Source: Octopus vulgaris
Taxonomy: Eukaryota
DNA length: 64,000 bases
Direction: 5' to 3'
Assembly: GCA_951406725.2 (NCBI GenBank)
Contig: OX597814.1
Location: forward strand, 159,588,001 to 159,652,000
Under the pieces are notes generated by a model, which saw only the letters and a list, made by a program, of their open reading frames with translations, did no database searches and was not told where the DNA came from. Positions 52,095 through 64,000 of this stretch are shown here, piece by piece. Position 1 is the first letter of the stretch, and the number at the start of each line of letters is the position of its first letter. The translations under genes were made by a program, and so were the position numbers.

Positions 52095-52335
52095 TAATAA
52101 ATCGTATGCTATACACCTAGAAGCTTACCAGTGATGCTCGTTCACTTTCACAGTGTTCGTTGGGTATTTAAATAATGAGAGAGAGACGGAAGATGGAGTT
52201 ACCTGAAGGGCCACATCTAAACCAGTTGTTAAGTATCCAACCCATGAGGGATAGATGCTAGATAGGTCGAAACAATTGTAGTGATTAATAAACATTCCCG
52301 TATCTTCCAGCTTCTGTGTCTCTCATTATTCATAT
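52092..52335 (+). mobile_element. (TA)n-embedded element with hammerhead-like motif (52197-52286)
   Basis: AGTTAC-CTGAAGG-GCC...GGTC-GAAA-CAATTG-TA-GTGATT, bracketed by the inverted repeat AATAATGAGAGA / TCTCTCATTATT. Confidence 0.5.
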
Positions 52336-52475
52336 ACACACGCGTTCGCATACACATACACACACACACACACACATATATATAAAATTAAATAAGGATA
52401 GAAATTGATATTAATCAATTAAAACCAGTGGCTTAGTATATTTTAAAAAATCCGAAGATTAAAAATTGTTTTACC

Positions 52476-52663
52476 TACAAAATTTAGAGGACTGACCACT
52501 AAAAGTGGTACATAGGTAATCGTTTTTTTATTTCGTATATTTTCATATGTCTTGCTTACTTTTACACTTTGGTTTTTGCCGAGATGCTTCGTGGTAAATG
52601 GCGATTTGACGTCTATGTTTAGCATATAGGCTGTCCACTTTTAGTGGTCAGTCTTCTAAATTT

Positions 52664-52667
<4 letters not shown>
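52476..52667. repeat. 33-bp inverted repeat in a (TA)n-embedded element
   Basis: TACAAAATTTAGAGGACTGACCACTAAAAGTGG / CCACTTTTAGTGGTCAGTCTTCTAAATTTTGTA. Confidence 0.75.
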
Positions 52668-52697
<30 letters not shown>

Positions 52698-53423
52698 CCA
52701 GTAAGTATATATACATATATACATCTAGTAAGTATCGAAACTTCAATGTTGTAGAGCATGAGATTTTTTGCTTGTCAGATTTCAGTAAATAAGCATGATG
52801 GGACCCAGCTTACGAGTGAGCATAATGAGCGTTCTTACTTCAAGATTAAAACAATGCGGCGGGGCATGAATATGTACTTAAGCTGAAGCACTAGAATTTA
52901 GTACGGTATTATCCATACAATTTCAAAACAAGGTGATTAAAATCAAAATAAGCAAGGATAGCCTTGTTGCTTATTTTGATTATGTGTGTGTGTGTGTGTA
53001 TTGATTACCGGAATTTTTGTCATTCCTATATCTTTGCCAAATTCCTATTTGCTGTGTCCGTCAATAAATCCTTGTGTCACATATTGACGGTAGCTGGCTG
53101 CAGTTGGAGGTTACTTGTTATATGTTCACGTGTAGGAAGCAAGAACAAACTTTATGCTAATGTTCAAAGTGGAAAAGCTAAAAAAAAAAAAAAATTGTTT
53201 GCCGTGAATCAATTAGCTGAAAATAGTTTGTCTAAGTCCTGCCATAGGCAAAGGAAAGTATAAAACGCAAAGTTTTTAGTACTCTGTGACTACCTTCTGC
53301 TCCAAGTTCTCTTAAGTCAGCACATCTTCCTCGCAGATTTATTTATGTTTCGCAATAATACAATGCTACCACAGACTTCTTCTTTAGTCTATATCTTGTT
53401 TTAATCGCTACTTTATTTATTAA

Positions 53424-53706
53424 CTAGCAGTATCGCCCGGCGTTGCTCGGGTTTGTAAGGGAAATACCTATATAAGCATTTTTAGAGAGTTACTTCCCTT
53501 ATATAATAGCAAGAAAATGCATTAAAAATGGGAAAAAACGATGGTAAATTTTTTTTTAAATCGTAGACGCGCTAATACCCAGTAGGGCTCGATATGAATC
53601 ACGACTACAAGATACCCGCTTTTGGTTAAACTGCACCGCAAAATGTGGGAGTAAGGAATCTAAATCGTAGGAGACAGACACACAACTTCACTTTTATATA
53701 TAAAGA
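53424..53706 (-). mobile_element. Non-autonomous Helitron
   Basis: Minus strand A|TCTTTATATATAAAAG ... hairpin CCCGAGCAACGCCGGG ... CTAG|T, with no TSD. Confidence 0.8.
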
Positions 53707-54203
53707 TATTTTTTTCAGATAATAATCAATGTGTCAATATTGTAGAATTTTCAAATATTCAAAGGTGATTAAATCCGCAGTCCGTTTTCCGATATAGGGG
53801 AGCAATAGATTTAATGTGCATAAAACAAACTTAACGGAAGAGCCTTTACGAAGTCATTTGACCTGCTAGAAATAACAGCCAAATCTCCCTTATCCAAAAG
53901 AAGAGCTTGCTTGGATAATGTAGTTCTAGATATATATTATTTAGTTAGAGAATCTTGAACTAATCACTGTTGATCATAGATTTGTTCAGTCAAAATTGTA
54001 TTAACAAGAACTAGAATTCTTATTTACATTCTTTAATCTTCGAATAGCTTCAATTGAAGAGGCACAACCATGATGAAACAGCGCGGTGCCTGAATGCCTC
54101 CTTATTTAAAAAAAACCCAAAAACACCCCCAATATGCTATGATCTGAAACTTGTTCTGCATTGACTTTAAAAGCAATGATTAGTATATTCACGTCTGAAT
54201 CTA

Positions 54204-54246
<43 letters not shown>

Positions 54247-54317
54247 GTGACCTCGTGTGTACCGTTGGCGATTTGTTTTCCTCTGTCTTTCCTTCTCTGG
54301 ATCTTTCCTTCTCCTAT

Positions 54318-54352
54318 GTTTCCGACGAAGAGCTCCGCTCGAAACGTTAAAC
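54318..54352 (+). ncRNA. Minimal type-I hammerhead motif (CCGACGA core) in element 54243-54450
   Basis: Stem I GTTT/AAAC, stem II GAGC/GCTC, palindromic stem III ACGT. Confidence 0.7.
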
Positions 54353-54445
54353 CCTCCTTCTTTCCTTCTTTCCTGAGCGTCCAATAATACTATATTTGTT
54401 CCACGTCCTCGCGTTGTTGTGTTTTTTGTGCTTTCTTGTTTGGAT

Positions 54446-54483
<38 letters not shown>

Positions 54484-54881
54484 TATATGTATATGTGTGT
54501 GTGTGTATATATATATATGTATGTATGTACATTCGTGTGTGTGTGTGTGTGTGTGTGTACAAAGCTAAGTCACATGTCATTTATGTTTGTTGGTTTTGTC
54601 AGGGTTTAGGAATATTACCCGAAGGATTAGGTCCTTCACTGAACGGAATAGAAAACACCTAACTGGGAAACTACGTTGCTCATAAAAATTCTGTTTCAGA
54701 ATCCATATTCAACGCTGCGACTTACATTCGTTTCCGTTCTCTCGGTTTTCCTTCTTCATAACACTTACTGTACTTTGCACTTTCTTCTTATCTCAGTGAG
54801 ATAATTCTACCTTTATTGTTTAATTTTTGTTTGCAAATATCTGTTTCGCTCTAGCAACATTTGTGAAATAATCTTCGTATC

Positions 54882-55179
54882 GTGGAGGCACATGGCCTAG
54901 TGGTTAGAGCAGCGGACTCGCGGTCGAGGGACCGTGGTTTCGAATCTCAGACTGGGCGATGTGTGTGTTTATGAGCGAAACATCTAAGCTCCACGCGGCT
55001 CCGGCAGAAGGTAATGGCGAACTTCTGCTGACTCTTTCGCCACAACTTTCTCTCACGCTTTCCTCCTGCATATTGCAACTCACCTGCGACGGACCGGCGT
55101 CTCGTCCAGGTTGGGAACCTACACGCTAAGGAATCCGGGAAACCGGCACTATTGAGCCAAGCATGGCTCGAGAAGGAAC
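54882..55179 (+). mobile_element. tRNA-derived SINE, family A (tail variant 3)
   Basis: 12-bp TSD AATCTTCGTATC (54870-54881, 55180-55191); TGGCCTAGTGG and GTTTCGAATC boxes. Confidence 0.9.
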
Positions 55180-55224
55180 AATCTTCGTATCTGTCAGAGA
55201 ATAGAGTAATCAGAGGATTATTAT

Positions 55225-56985
55225 ACTGGTTTCACATTTTGGCACAAGGCCTGCAATTTCAGAGAGAGGGGTAAGTCGATTACATTGACCCCGGTATTCA
55301 AATGGTACTTATTTGATCGATTCCGGAATAATAAAAGACAAAGTCGACCCCAACGACATTTGAACTCAGAACGTAAAGATAGACGTGTCGTTAAGCATTT
55401 CCCCTGGTGTGTTAACGATTTTACCAGCTCACCACCTTAGGGGATTATTGTACTAAATATTTTTATTGTGCCCTTGGTAGAAGGTGGCGAGCTGGCAGAA
55501 TTGTTAGCACGCAGGGCAAAAATGATTAACGACATTTCGTCTGCCTTTGCGTTCTGAGTACAAATTCCGCCGAGGTCTACTTTGCGTTTTATCCCATTCG
55601 GGGCCGATAAACTAAGTATTAGTTGAGCACCGGGGTCGGTGTAAACAACTTACCGTCTTCCGTGAAATTGCTGCCCTTGTGTCAAAATTTAAAACCAATA
55701 AGATGGGTAGAAGAGGTAGTGAGCTCTGGCAGAATTGCTAGCGCGCTAAACAAAATGCATAGCAATATTTCGTCCGACTTTACATTCTCGGTTCAAATTC
55801 CGCTGAGGTCCACTTTGCTGTTCATCCCTTTTGGGACAATAAGATAAGCACTAGTTGAGCACTGGATCCGATATGATCGACTGCTCCGCCACCCACAAAA
55901 TTTCAGGCCTTGTGCCTGTAATAGAAAGGAGTATTTAGTAGGTTGGTAGACTCATTACTGCGTCGAACAAAATGCCTTTTTGGTATATTTTTCGCTTTCA
56001 TCTTTCCTAGTTCAAATCACACCAAGGCTAAATCAATTTTACTCCATCTAGAATTGATGAAATAGAGTACAAATTTAGTACTAAATAATTTCCCACTAAA
56101 TTTAAGGTTTCTGCCTATATTAGCAAATAAGCATCCCCATTCCCGAAGTCACACTGTTTCAGCTGGTGCCCTCTCTTGCCGGTCGCATTTTCCTTAGGAG
56201 CCGGACGCATTTTCTGACATTCTAATTTTCTGGCACTCTAATTTTCTGACATTCCTATCAAGATCACTCTCTCCCACCTGGAATACCCACTTTACTTATA
56301 TCTACATATGTGTGTGTGTGTGTCTTAGTGATGGTCAGTTTATGGAATACATCTATGTGTGCTATATATGTGCCGTGTCTGTGATTCCCTTTTACCATGA
56401 TAAATATGATACATTCGGATCGGTTATATTTGGAACTCATTGCAATTATTTGTCGCTATTTCTGTTTGTAAGAATCATTGCAGTGTTGTATCCTTCCATA
56501 CATATTCACGTTTATGTATTCACACAATAATACAGTAGTTAATAATATTTTTTTTCTTATTAATATTAATTGGAGCGATAAGGCGGCGAGCTGGCAGAAA
56601 CGTCAGCATGCCGGGCGAAATGCCTAGCGGTATTTCGTCTGCCGTTACGTTCTGAGTTCAAATTCCTCCGAGGTCGACTTTGCCTTTCATCCTTTCAGGG
56701 TCGATTAAATAAGTACCAGTTACGCACAGGGGTCGATATAATCGACTTAATCCGTTTGTCTGTCCTTGTTTATCCTCTCTGTGTTTAGCCCCTTGTGGGT
56801 AGTAAAGAAATAGCAGAATCATTGCCGCGACGGACAAAATGCTTAGATGTATTTCGTCCGTCTTTGTGTTCCTTGTTCAAATACCGCCGAGGTTGATTTT
56901 GCTTTCATCCTTTCGGGGTCGAACGCGACTTAATCCTCTTCTCCCGAAATTGCCTACTTTGTACCAAAATTTAGAAACAATATTA
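55225..56985. mobile_element. Cluster of SINE family B copies in both orientations (young copy at 56581-56812)
   Basis: Repeated family B head and core motifs. Confidence 0.75.
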
Positions 56986-58790
56986 AATGAAGCGTTTTTG
57001 CTCTTTTAAAATTTACCAATTAAGTAGAAAATTTTTGAAGTAATTCAGAAATATTTCCTAATTATAATTTCACGAGAAAACCTTCGATATCATTCTCTCA
57101 GAATATACGAATAGTATTATTGATATTTCAGAATAACAGTATAATACTTCTAGAGACTACGGTATTCTAGCAAATGTGCTTACCTAACCGTTTTCTGTAC
57201 CTGTGTGGCGTGTGGGCGATTCTAATGTACAGAAGATTAAGAAGAAATAAAACGGGAAATCGTTGGCATATTAATATATATGTAGTGGTTAGAAGCAACT
57301 AGAAGTAGATAATTAACGTCCATAACAAACAAGAAAAATTGTAGGAAACCGATCCTTGCGTTACAGCAAAGGTAATAGAATATAAGTCGGAAATAAATCA
57401 TCAGCAAACTTTGCTGTGATTTGGTCTCACAGTAAACAGCCAACTTAAGTGATGAGTGGTGCATTAGACGTAGAAGTAGTTTTTATATCTCCGAAGTTGT
57501 TATCATACGACCAAAGATAACAGATTTGGTTTTGTAAAATTCTCATGAGTGAGAAACAATTAGGACCTAACGTAAAGAAGTCTCCGGCTCCAAAGGTTTG
57601 TTGTCACAGAGCAGGGAGAGATACTGAAGTTTGTTACCAACCGATTATTCAACTGCTTGAAGTTGCTGCGTGAAGGAGACGGAACCGTTGTTAGCAGCGT
57701 CAGATAATTTTTTTTTGTTAAATGGCCCATATTGCTATATATTTCAATATTTGTTTCATGATTCCTGTCGAGATAGAAATAGTGAAGAGTCTGGGGAAGA
57801 TACAAGCTTGCTCTGTAGCAAAATGTTAAGGGAAAGATCAACAATTACACTTTATGGGACTAGTGACTTATCTATCGTTTACCGGGCGACTGCGTTGCCT
57901 GTTAAAACACATTGAATTTGATCACATTTATCACCTTTAAGATGCTGGTGCGAAAGACATCGGTCAACAGTTTGTAGGTTCGAAGATATTGCAATTACTG
58001 TTTCCAATTAGTGGCTATACGTACCTGTAAAAAGGTAAAATTAAGCTTGTTGGCTAGAATAGTAGACACCTCTGGCAAATATTGTGGCAAAGTGATAAAA
58101 TTCATCAACCGAGGCCAGTTTGTTGAAAGCTGACATCAATAGCAACTTCGCTTGCAATGGTTTACCTGTGCAGATCTGTAAATTCAAGAACTAGAGTGGA
58201 AGGATCCATTAAAGGCAGACGAGAACTCTCATCGCTTACATTTATTGAATAATTGGTGTCTGTAGAACATTTTAGAAATGGTTACTTTCCTGACTTAAAT
58301 TTCATTTTACCAAACTTTCATTTACAGATGTCTAGTTTATTAATAAGCAACTTATTCCAATTAATTTGAATAATTACTGGCTGTATGTCTTAGTAAATTT
58401 TCAAAAAAATCTACTTCTGAACACTATAATCAAATAAAGTATGGGGGAACATAAAAATAAAGAGCTTTCTCAGACTCATAAATAATTCTTATTCGATGGC
58501 ATGGATAATCAACGTAGAATTGGCTTAAAACCAGTGGAATAACCAAGAGCATCGTATGTATTCTTTCATAAGTCTCGAACTTAGGATTACGGCCATATAG
58601 GAGCACCACTTTGAAAAGTATTAGTCAACTGTATAGACTCCAGCGTTTATTTCAGCTTGGTACATATTTTATCAATCTCCAGTCATCGAATCCCTGAGGT
58701 ACGTTCTTTGTCAAAAAGTAGCTTAACTTCATATGCTGATAACAAAGACACACATGAGAATTATTTGAAATCCATTCTCCCCGATTGTGC

Positions 58791-59272
58791 AATTCTTATT
58801 GACATACAGTCATAGCATCGACTACTAAGTGAGTCATTTTACTCATTCAGGGATTAAATACCTCGGTCAGATGGACTAAGAACGAACTGCTTGGAGTCAA
58901 GTATATCTATCTGTTCCATAACCACTGGCATGTATTTAAGCGTCCCAACTTATTTACAAAGTAGAGAATTCTGAAGATATTTTACTACCATTATAAGACA
59001 ATTATTATTTCTTGATGGAATATGAAGCGATCACGTCTTTCCTTTGTCCGTCTCTGTTGATTTATATTCAACCATTATCTCATTAGTTCAACAACGTCTG
59101 ATAAGGTGAATAGTTATTGAAGCATCTTGATATTCCGCTAGGAAATTTTTGACAAATATTTCATATTTTCTTCATGTCATATATTTCTTTCCATTTGTTT
59201 AATTCTCATTGATATAGAGTCATAGCATCGACTACCTGTTGAGTAATGCACTCTCAGTGAATAAATATCTCG
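58791..59272. repeat. ~410-bp unit bounded by ~72-bp imperfect direct repeats
   Basis: AATTCT(T/C)ATTGA(C/T)ATA(C/G)AGTCATAGCATCGACTAC... at 58791 and 59201. Confidence 0.6.
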
Positions 59273-59376
59273 CATAGATTAATTAATGTTGTTTCGCCTA
59301 TGTTCATGTGTGTGTATCGTTTATCCAATATGTATGTGTGTCTGAGCACATGCTCGTGCGCATATGTATGTATAAT

Positions 59377-59411
<35 letters not shown>

Positions 59412-59699
59412 GTTGAATAAGTCGCCATTATGTGAAGTTCTAGTCAAAATGAATTTGATAATAAATTTGACTCTACCTTCAATATTTAATCTTCTCATTA
59501 GTAAGTGCTCTGTTATTCTTAAATTTATATTGAAATAGTAACCTAAATATACCACACACACACACACCTAGTGAAATTTTATGATGGTGCCTCCAGCATG
59601 GCCGCCCTGTAGTAACCGAAACAAATGAATAATAAATACATGGGCATTTTTATGCGTTAGTTAGAAAAGGAAGGACAGTGCCCATTAGTTTTCTAAGCT

Positions 59700-60790
59700 T
59701 TCCTAGAAAGGAGACCAGTTGAACACCTGCAATAAACATTTGAAAACAAAATTCGAGCAGGGAAAGAATTCCAAAGGATTACTTCTCTGTAGAGGAGTGA
59801 TTGGGTGATGGAACACAGACAGCAGCGGGATTACATGAATGAGTTGAGTATGTGTAAGTACACGTGGTATGTGCTCTTCAAAGGGCCAGAGACTTGCAGT
59901 AGCAGTTAAAGTGACAAAGAGCATCATATTTCTCAGCTAGGTGTTGTTGCGTGGTTCTAAAGATTGGAACAGATTCTTGTTGAGGGAGAAATATTGAATA
60001 GTTTGGAAAGTAGGGGTATTAGGTATGGGATATACTATTTGAACGAAATAGTTTGGACATTGTGACGACCTGTGTGTACATGATTGTTAGGCATCTGGGA
60101 CGGACAAAGAAAGTTATCGAGAAGATTTAGCAAGCCTACGCAATGTTGTGTTAGAGGTAAAGTGGTCTGCGATTGTTGTAGTTTTCTCAGCAAGAGAGCC
60201 ACTTACAGAACCATTTTGCCAAGATGTCAGACATTTCTTGGAAAGTGAAGAAAAGGAATTGAAGGCTGTGATGAAAGTTTCTCGTGCTGTTCTGATGGTT
60301 GCCTTGCAGGCATTGCAATCATGAGTAAAAACCTCCCAAATGTTGAAAATGGGCGATTTCTTCCAGGTATTTCAGAGAGTTTTCTTTTATTTGCCCAAAC
60401 TGCTACAATACATACAAGCAGTTACAGGGAAATCATTTAGCAGATTTTGAGTCTTAGGATTTGATTGCGTGGGGAACAAAAGAGAACACGCTTATGTGGT
60501 TGGCTTCGATCACTCGTTTAATTGTCTCAGACAGGTTGAAGACAAAGTAAAATTCTGGTCAGGTATAGTTGTCATGGAAACCGACGGAAGTCCCCGGTCA
60601 TTTCACTGGCTTGAATTACCAATGAGTATAAAAGATGGCAGGGGTTGTGAAGCATGAGGTTTTCTGGAAGTTGGTCCGGTGGGTACATAAGTGTTCTGTA
60701 GGTATATGCTAAAACATAGTCAATGATGTTTGTAGTGTCATGAATTTGGATAGCTGATGATATTATATGGTGTAAGCAGTTGAAAATGGC
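59700..60790 (-). mobile_element. Possible ancient LINE (CR1/Jockey-like) remnant
   Basis: Higher-GC, coding-like composition with weak motifs (TIADHFTSNTTL); no clear catalytic motif. Confidence 0.3.
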
Positions 60791-60802
60791 TCCAGACATT
60801 AT

Positions 60803-60838
<36 letters not shown>

Positions 60839-61419
60839 ACACACACACACACACATTATTATTATATAGAATAAGAATCACTTTTAACCATTTAAGAACA
60901 CACATAAATTTCAAATTTCTTCTATTTTTTAATGTTCTTCCTAATCTTGGCACAAAGCCAGCAGTTTTTAAGGAATGGTGCAAGTCGATCACATCGATCC
61001 CAGTACATGACTGGTATTTAATTTGTCGACCTCGAAGGATAAAAAGCAGAGTCGACCTTTTGAAGTAAGATAAAAATTTCCTTCCACTTTGAGACCAGCT
61101 TGAGTGATATTAATACAGCTTAGTCGTTTTAAAATTAGAATGTACACTTATACTTAATCTTGATGTCCGTGCTTAAGCATATTTAAGTCAGTGTTTCATA
61201 TTTAGAATATAAAGTTCCCATAGCGTTTACTGAATATTCTTAGGGATAACTGATGAAGCGGCTTACATTAAAAGTGTTGGTAATACGATCGTACGTCAGG
61301 AGTTGGTGACAAATGTGTCCTTTTTAAACGCTGCACGGTTGCCCCTAACAGAATAAAAATCCAAATACATGATATAAAATACAGTGCCAAAAGGAATAAA
61401 TGAGGACGACAACCGTTCT

Positions 61420-62338
61420 ACTGTTTGAGAGAAGAGAAGACTTTATTTACGAATGTGTACAAAGAGAGAGTATGGGTACTAGCAAAGTGGAGTGTCTATG
61501 AGCATGTGACAAGTGTTTGTGTCTGTGTGTTCGTTTGTGCGACAGAAGCTGCATGCGTATAAAACAGAATACAGAGCATAAGATGAATCTCTCAGCATAT
61601 TGAGTTAAGATGGAATTAGTTTACCAGTTCGTGAGTTTATAGCAATAGTTCTGTAACAAGATGTTGGGGTCACGAGGCAGAATGCTGGTTGGACACATGT
61701 CGTGTAGCGGTTGTAGCTTCAATGCCGTGCCGAGTCTCTTGATACAGGAAGTTCTTTCAGGTAGACTGGAACTGTTTACCTCGTTGAAATATTCACAACA
61801 GCGTGGAATTTAAACCTGAGCGAATGCTGTGTACGTATTTGAAGTTGACGGTGTTAATGGCGACGGTGGTGGAGACGTCCTACGTTGCTGGAGTATATTA
61901 GCGTCGTCATGGCTGGATCAGGAACAGGATTGGCTGACTGGTCGTCTGTCGCTAGAACTGGAACATGACTGAATCGCTCGGTGGTCAGAGGTTAGTCCTG
62001 AAAAGGACTGGAACCTAAGACTGGTGTTGTTGGAACATGGTTGAGTGCTCTGTGGTTAGTGACTAGACCTTAGAAGTTCTAGAGCCAAAGACCTGGAATA
62101 GTGAATGCTGGCGCCTTATAAAGCCGGGGGTAGGCTCAAACAAGGCATGAGAAAAAACAATGTCACGAGACCTTATCCAAAGATCGTGATTGGTTGGCTT
62201 GCACACTGGCGCGAAATAAGTTGAGAGACAAACTGCGCCAATGCCAACCAATCAGAGCAGTGGACACAACAGGGTCAAACTAGCCAAACATGGTTGTTAT
62301 CTCACACAAGATCATTTCTAATATATCTCTCAAACAGT
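61420..62338 (-). mobile_element. Solo-LTR-like element
   Basis: 13-bp terminal inverted repeat ACTGTTTGAGAGA / TCTCTCAAACAGT (TG...CA inside), CCAAT boxes, TATA-like TTTATAAGG (~62120, minus) and AATAAA (61442-61447, minus); no clean TSD. Confidence 0.5.
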
Positions 62339-62546
62339 GAGGATATCACTGACGCTACAGAAGTATTGAGTCTCAGTGAAACGTTTTCACGAAAGTCAAG
62401 TAATTAGCTTTGACATCAAGGACAATGTGAATTCAGAGAATTCATTCTTCTGACGAAAAAAAATTACATGCTATAACAAAGTTAAGAACAATAACAAAAG
62501 TAACAAGGACAAAAACAACAAATATTCGAAATATTCAATAATTAGA

Positions 62547-62556
62547 TTTATTTATT
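62547..62556 (-). terminator. Poly(A) signal of reflectin gene 3
   Basis: Overlapping AATAAATAAA on the minus strand, followed by GT-rich TGTTGTTTTTGTCCTTGTT. Confidence 0.6.
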
Positions 62557-62684
62557 TCAGTTATATAATAGATTGATAATATTTGTTGAAGCACTGAAGA
62601 AGGAAATAATTACGTTTCATTTCAAATTTTGGTATAAGAAATAAATATTCGTTCTTATAGGATTTCCTGTACGCTGATTTATTA

Positions 62685-63989
62685 TTACCAGAAGTTATCG
62701 CTGCTATAATTATTCGAATCCATCCAACGACCATCAAAATCCATCTGATAACCGGACATATCAAAGAACCTTTCAGGGTAGTCTTGATATCTCTGACCCC
62801 AGTTGAAATTATGGCTTTGAGAGGGATTGCTGTTTTGTTGGTATCTATTAGAGTGATTGTAGTTACCGGAGAAAGGCTGACACTGACGATCATCCATATC
62901 CATCCAATGACCATCGAAATCCATCTGGTAGTTACCCATATCGAAGAGCCTCTCTGGGTGCTGGGTATATCTTTGACCCCAATTGAAATGATGAGGGAGG
63001 CTGTGCTGATATCTGCCATGAAAGTTATTATAGCCATAGAAAGGATTAGAATAACGACCATACATATCCATCCAGCGACCGTCAAAATCCATCTGATAAT
63101 TGCCAATATCGAAGTTCCTATCTTGGTATCTTTGACCGTAACTGAAACTGTTTTGAGGTTGGCCATGATGCTGTCTTCCTTGGTTGTTGTTGTTATAACC
63201 ATTGAAAGGCGACTGATTACGGCCGAACATATCCATCCAGCGACCATCAAAATCCATCTGGTAGTTGCTCATATCGAAGTATCTTTCTGGGTAGTGGTAA
63301 TATTTTTGACCCCAATTGTAGTTGTAGTGAGGGTACATGTTATAACTGTATTGTTTACCATAATAATTGCTATTATCATAGAATGGGTGGCAATGGCGAC
63401 CGTAGGTATCCATCCATTTTCCATCAAGATCCATCTGATAGTTGCTCATGTCGAAGAACCTATCTGGGTAGTTAACGCCTCTTTGACCCCAGCTATAGTT
63501 AACATGAGGGTAATTCTGATGGTGTCTGCTACCATAGTTGCTGAAAGGGCTTGAATAACGACCATTTGAATCCATCCAGCGTCCATGCATATCCATTTGG
63601 AAGTTGGACATGTCCATTAATTTCTCAGGGTTGTACATATGGTAGTTTTCATAGTTGTTGCTTGGATAATTCATATGACGTCTGCTATAGGGATTGCAGT
63701 GACGACCGTACTTGTCCATATAACGGCCACGCATGTCCATCTGGTACCCAGACATGTCCATATGTCTTTCAGGGAATTGCATAAAGCGACCATGCTTTTG
63801 GAATTTATCATTGTCATAAAAGCCAGTGTTGTGCATCGACCTGTAGTTGGAGTTTCTACCGTAGTAATCATTACACCTAGGCTCGACAAGTCTTCCGGAA
63901 GAATCCAAGTATTTTCCTTGGAAATCCATTGTCATTCTTGTCATTGGTTCCATGACACCTCTGTGTTTTCTGCTGCTATTACGAAACAT
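62685..63989 (-). CDS. REF: Divergent reflectin (>=434 aa; variant N-terminal motif plus 7 reflectin motifs); true start may lie beyond the window
   Basis: MEPMTRMTMDFQGKYLDSSGRLVEPR; seven DM/IxxYQMDxxGxW/YMD-type motifs; the frame is open to the window edge (..SRN-M). Confidence 0.95.
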   Translation of the reverse strand: MFRNSSRKHRGVMEPMTRMTMDFQGKYLDSSGRLVEPRCNDYYGRNSNYRSMHNTGFYDNDKFQKHGRFMQFPERHMDMSGYQMDMRGRYMDKYGRHCNPYSRRHMNYPSNNYENYHMYNPEKLMDMSNFQMDMHGRWMDSNGRYSSPFSNYGSRHHQNYPHVNYSWGQRGVNYPDRFFDMSNYQMDLDGKWMDTYGRHCHPFYDNSNYYGKQYSYNMYPHYNYNWGQKYYHYPERYFDMSNYQMDFDGRWMDMFGRNQSPFNGYNNNNQGRQHHGQPQNSFSYGQRYQDRNFDIGNYQMDFDGRWMDMYGRYSNPFYGYNNFHGRYQHSLPHHFNWGQRYTQHPERLFDMGNYQMDFDGHWMDMDDRQCQPFSGNYNHSNRYQQNSNPSQSHNFNWGQRYQDYPERFFDMSGYQMDFDGRWMDSNNYSSDNFW

Positions 63990-64000
63990 ATTTCTGGAAC

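Overview
AT-rich, microsatellite- and transposon-dense eukaryotic DNA from a coleoid cephalopod, most likely an Octopus species (inferred from reflectin genes and octopus-type SINE families). The only credible host protein-coding genes are three reflectins (structural-colour proteins): 13348-14466 (+), 29811-31280 (-) and 62685-63989 (-, N-terminus possibly beyond the window). Each CDS is a single exon. For the first two I also find a ~60-nt non-coding first exon 3-5 kb upstream, with a shared TATA/Inr architecture. The rest is repeats: decayed Penelope-like retroelements (RT and GIY-YIG fragments), an R4/Dong-like LINE in (TAA)n, Tc1/mariner, hAT and Helitron-like non-autonomous elements, and several tRNA-derived SINE families. 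There are also many short microsatellite-embedded elements carrying minimal type-I hammerhead-ribozyme motifs, often in inverted or partial-tandem arrangement. The most striking is a tRNA-headed, hammerhead-tailed element that inserts as a head-to-head palindrome; one copy has captured a piece of the reflectin promoter region. Almost all other ORFs in the track are microsatellite or antisense shadows. All coordinates and counts were read by eye and may be off by a few bases.
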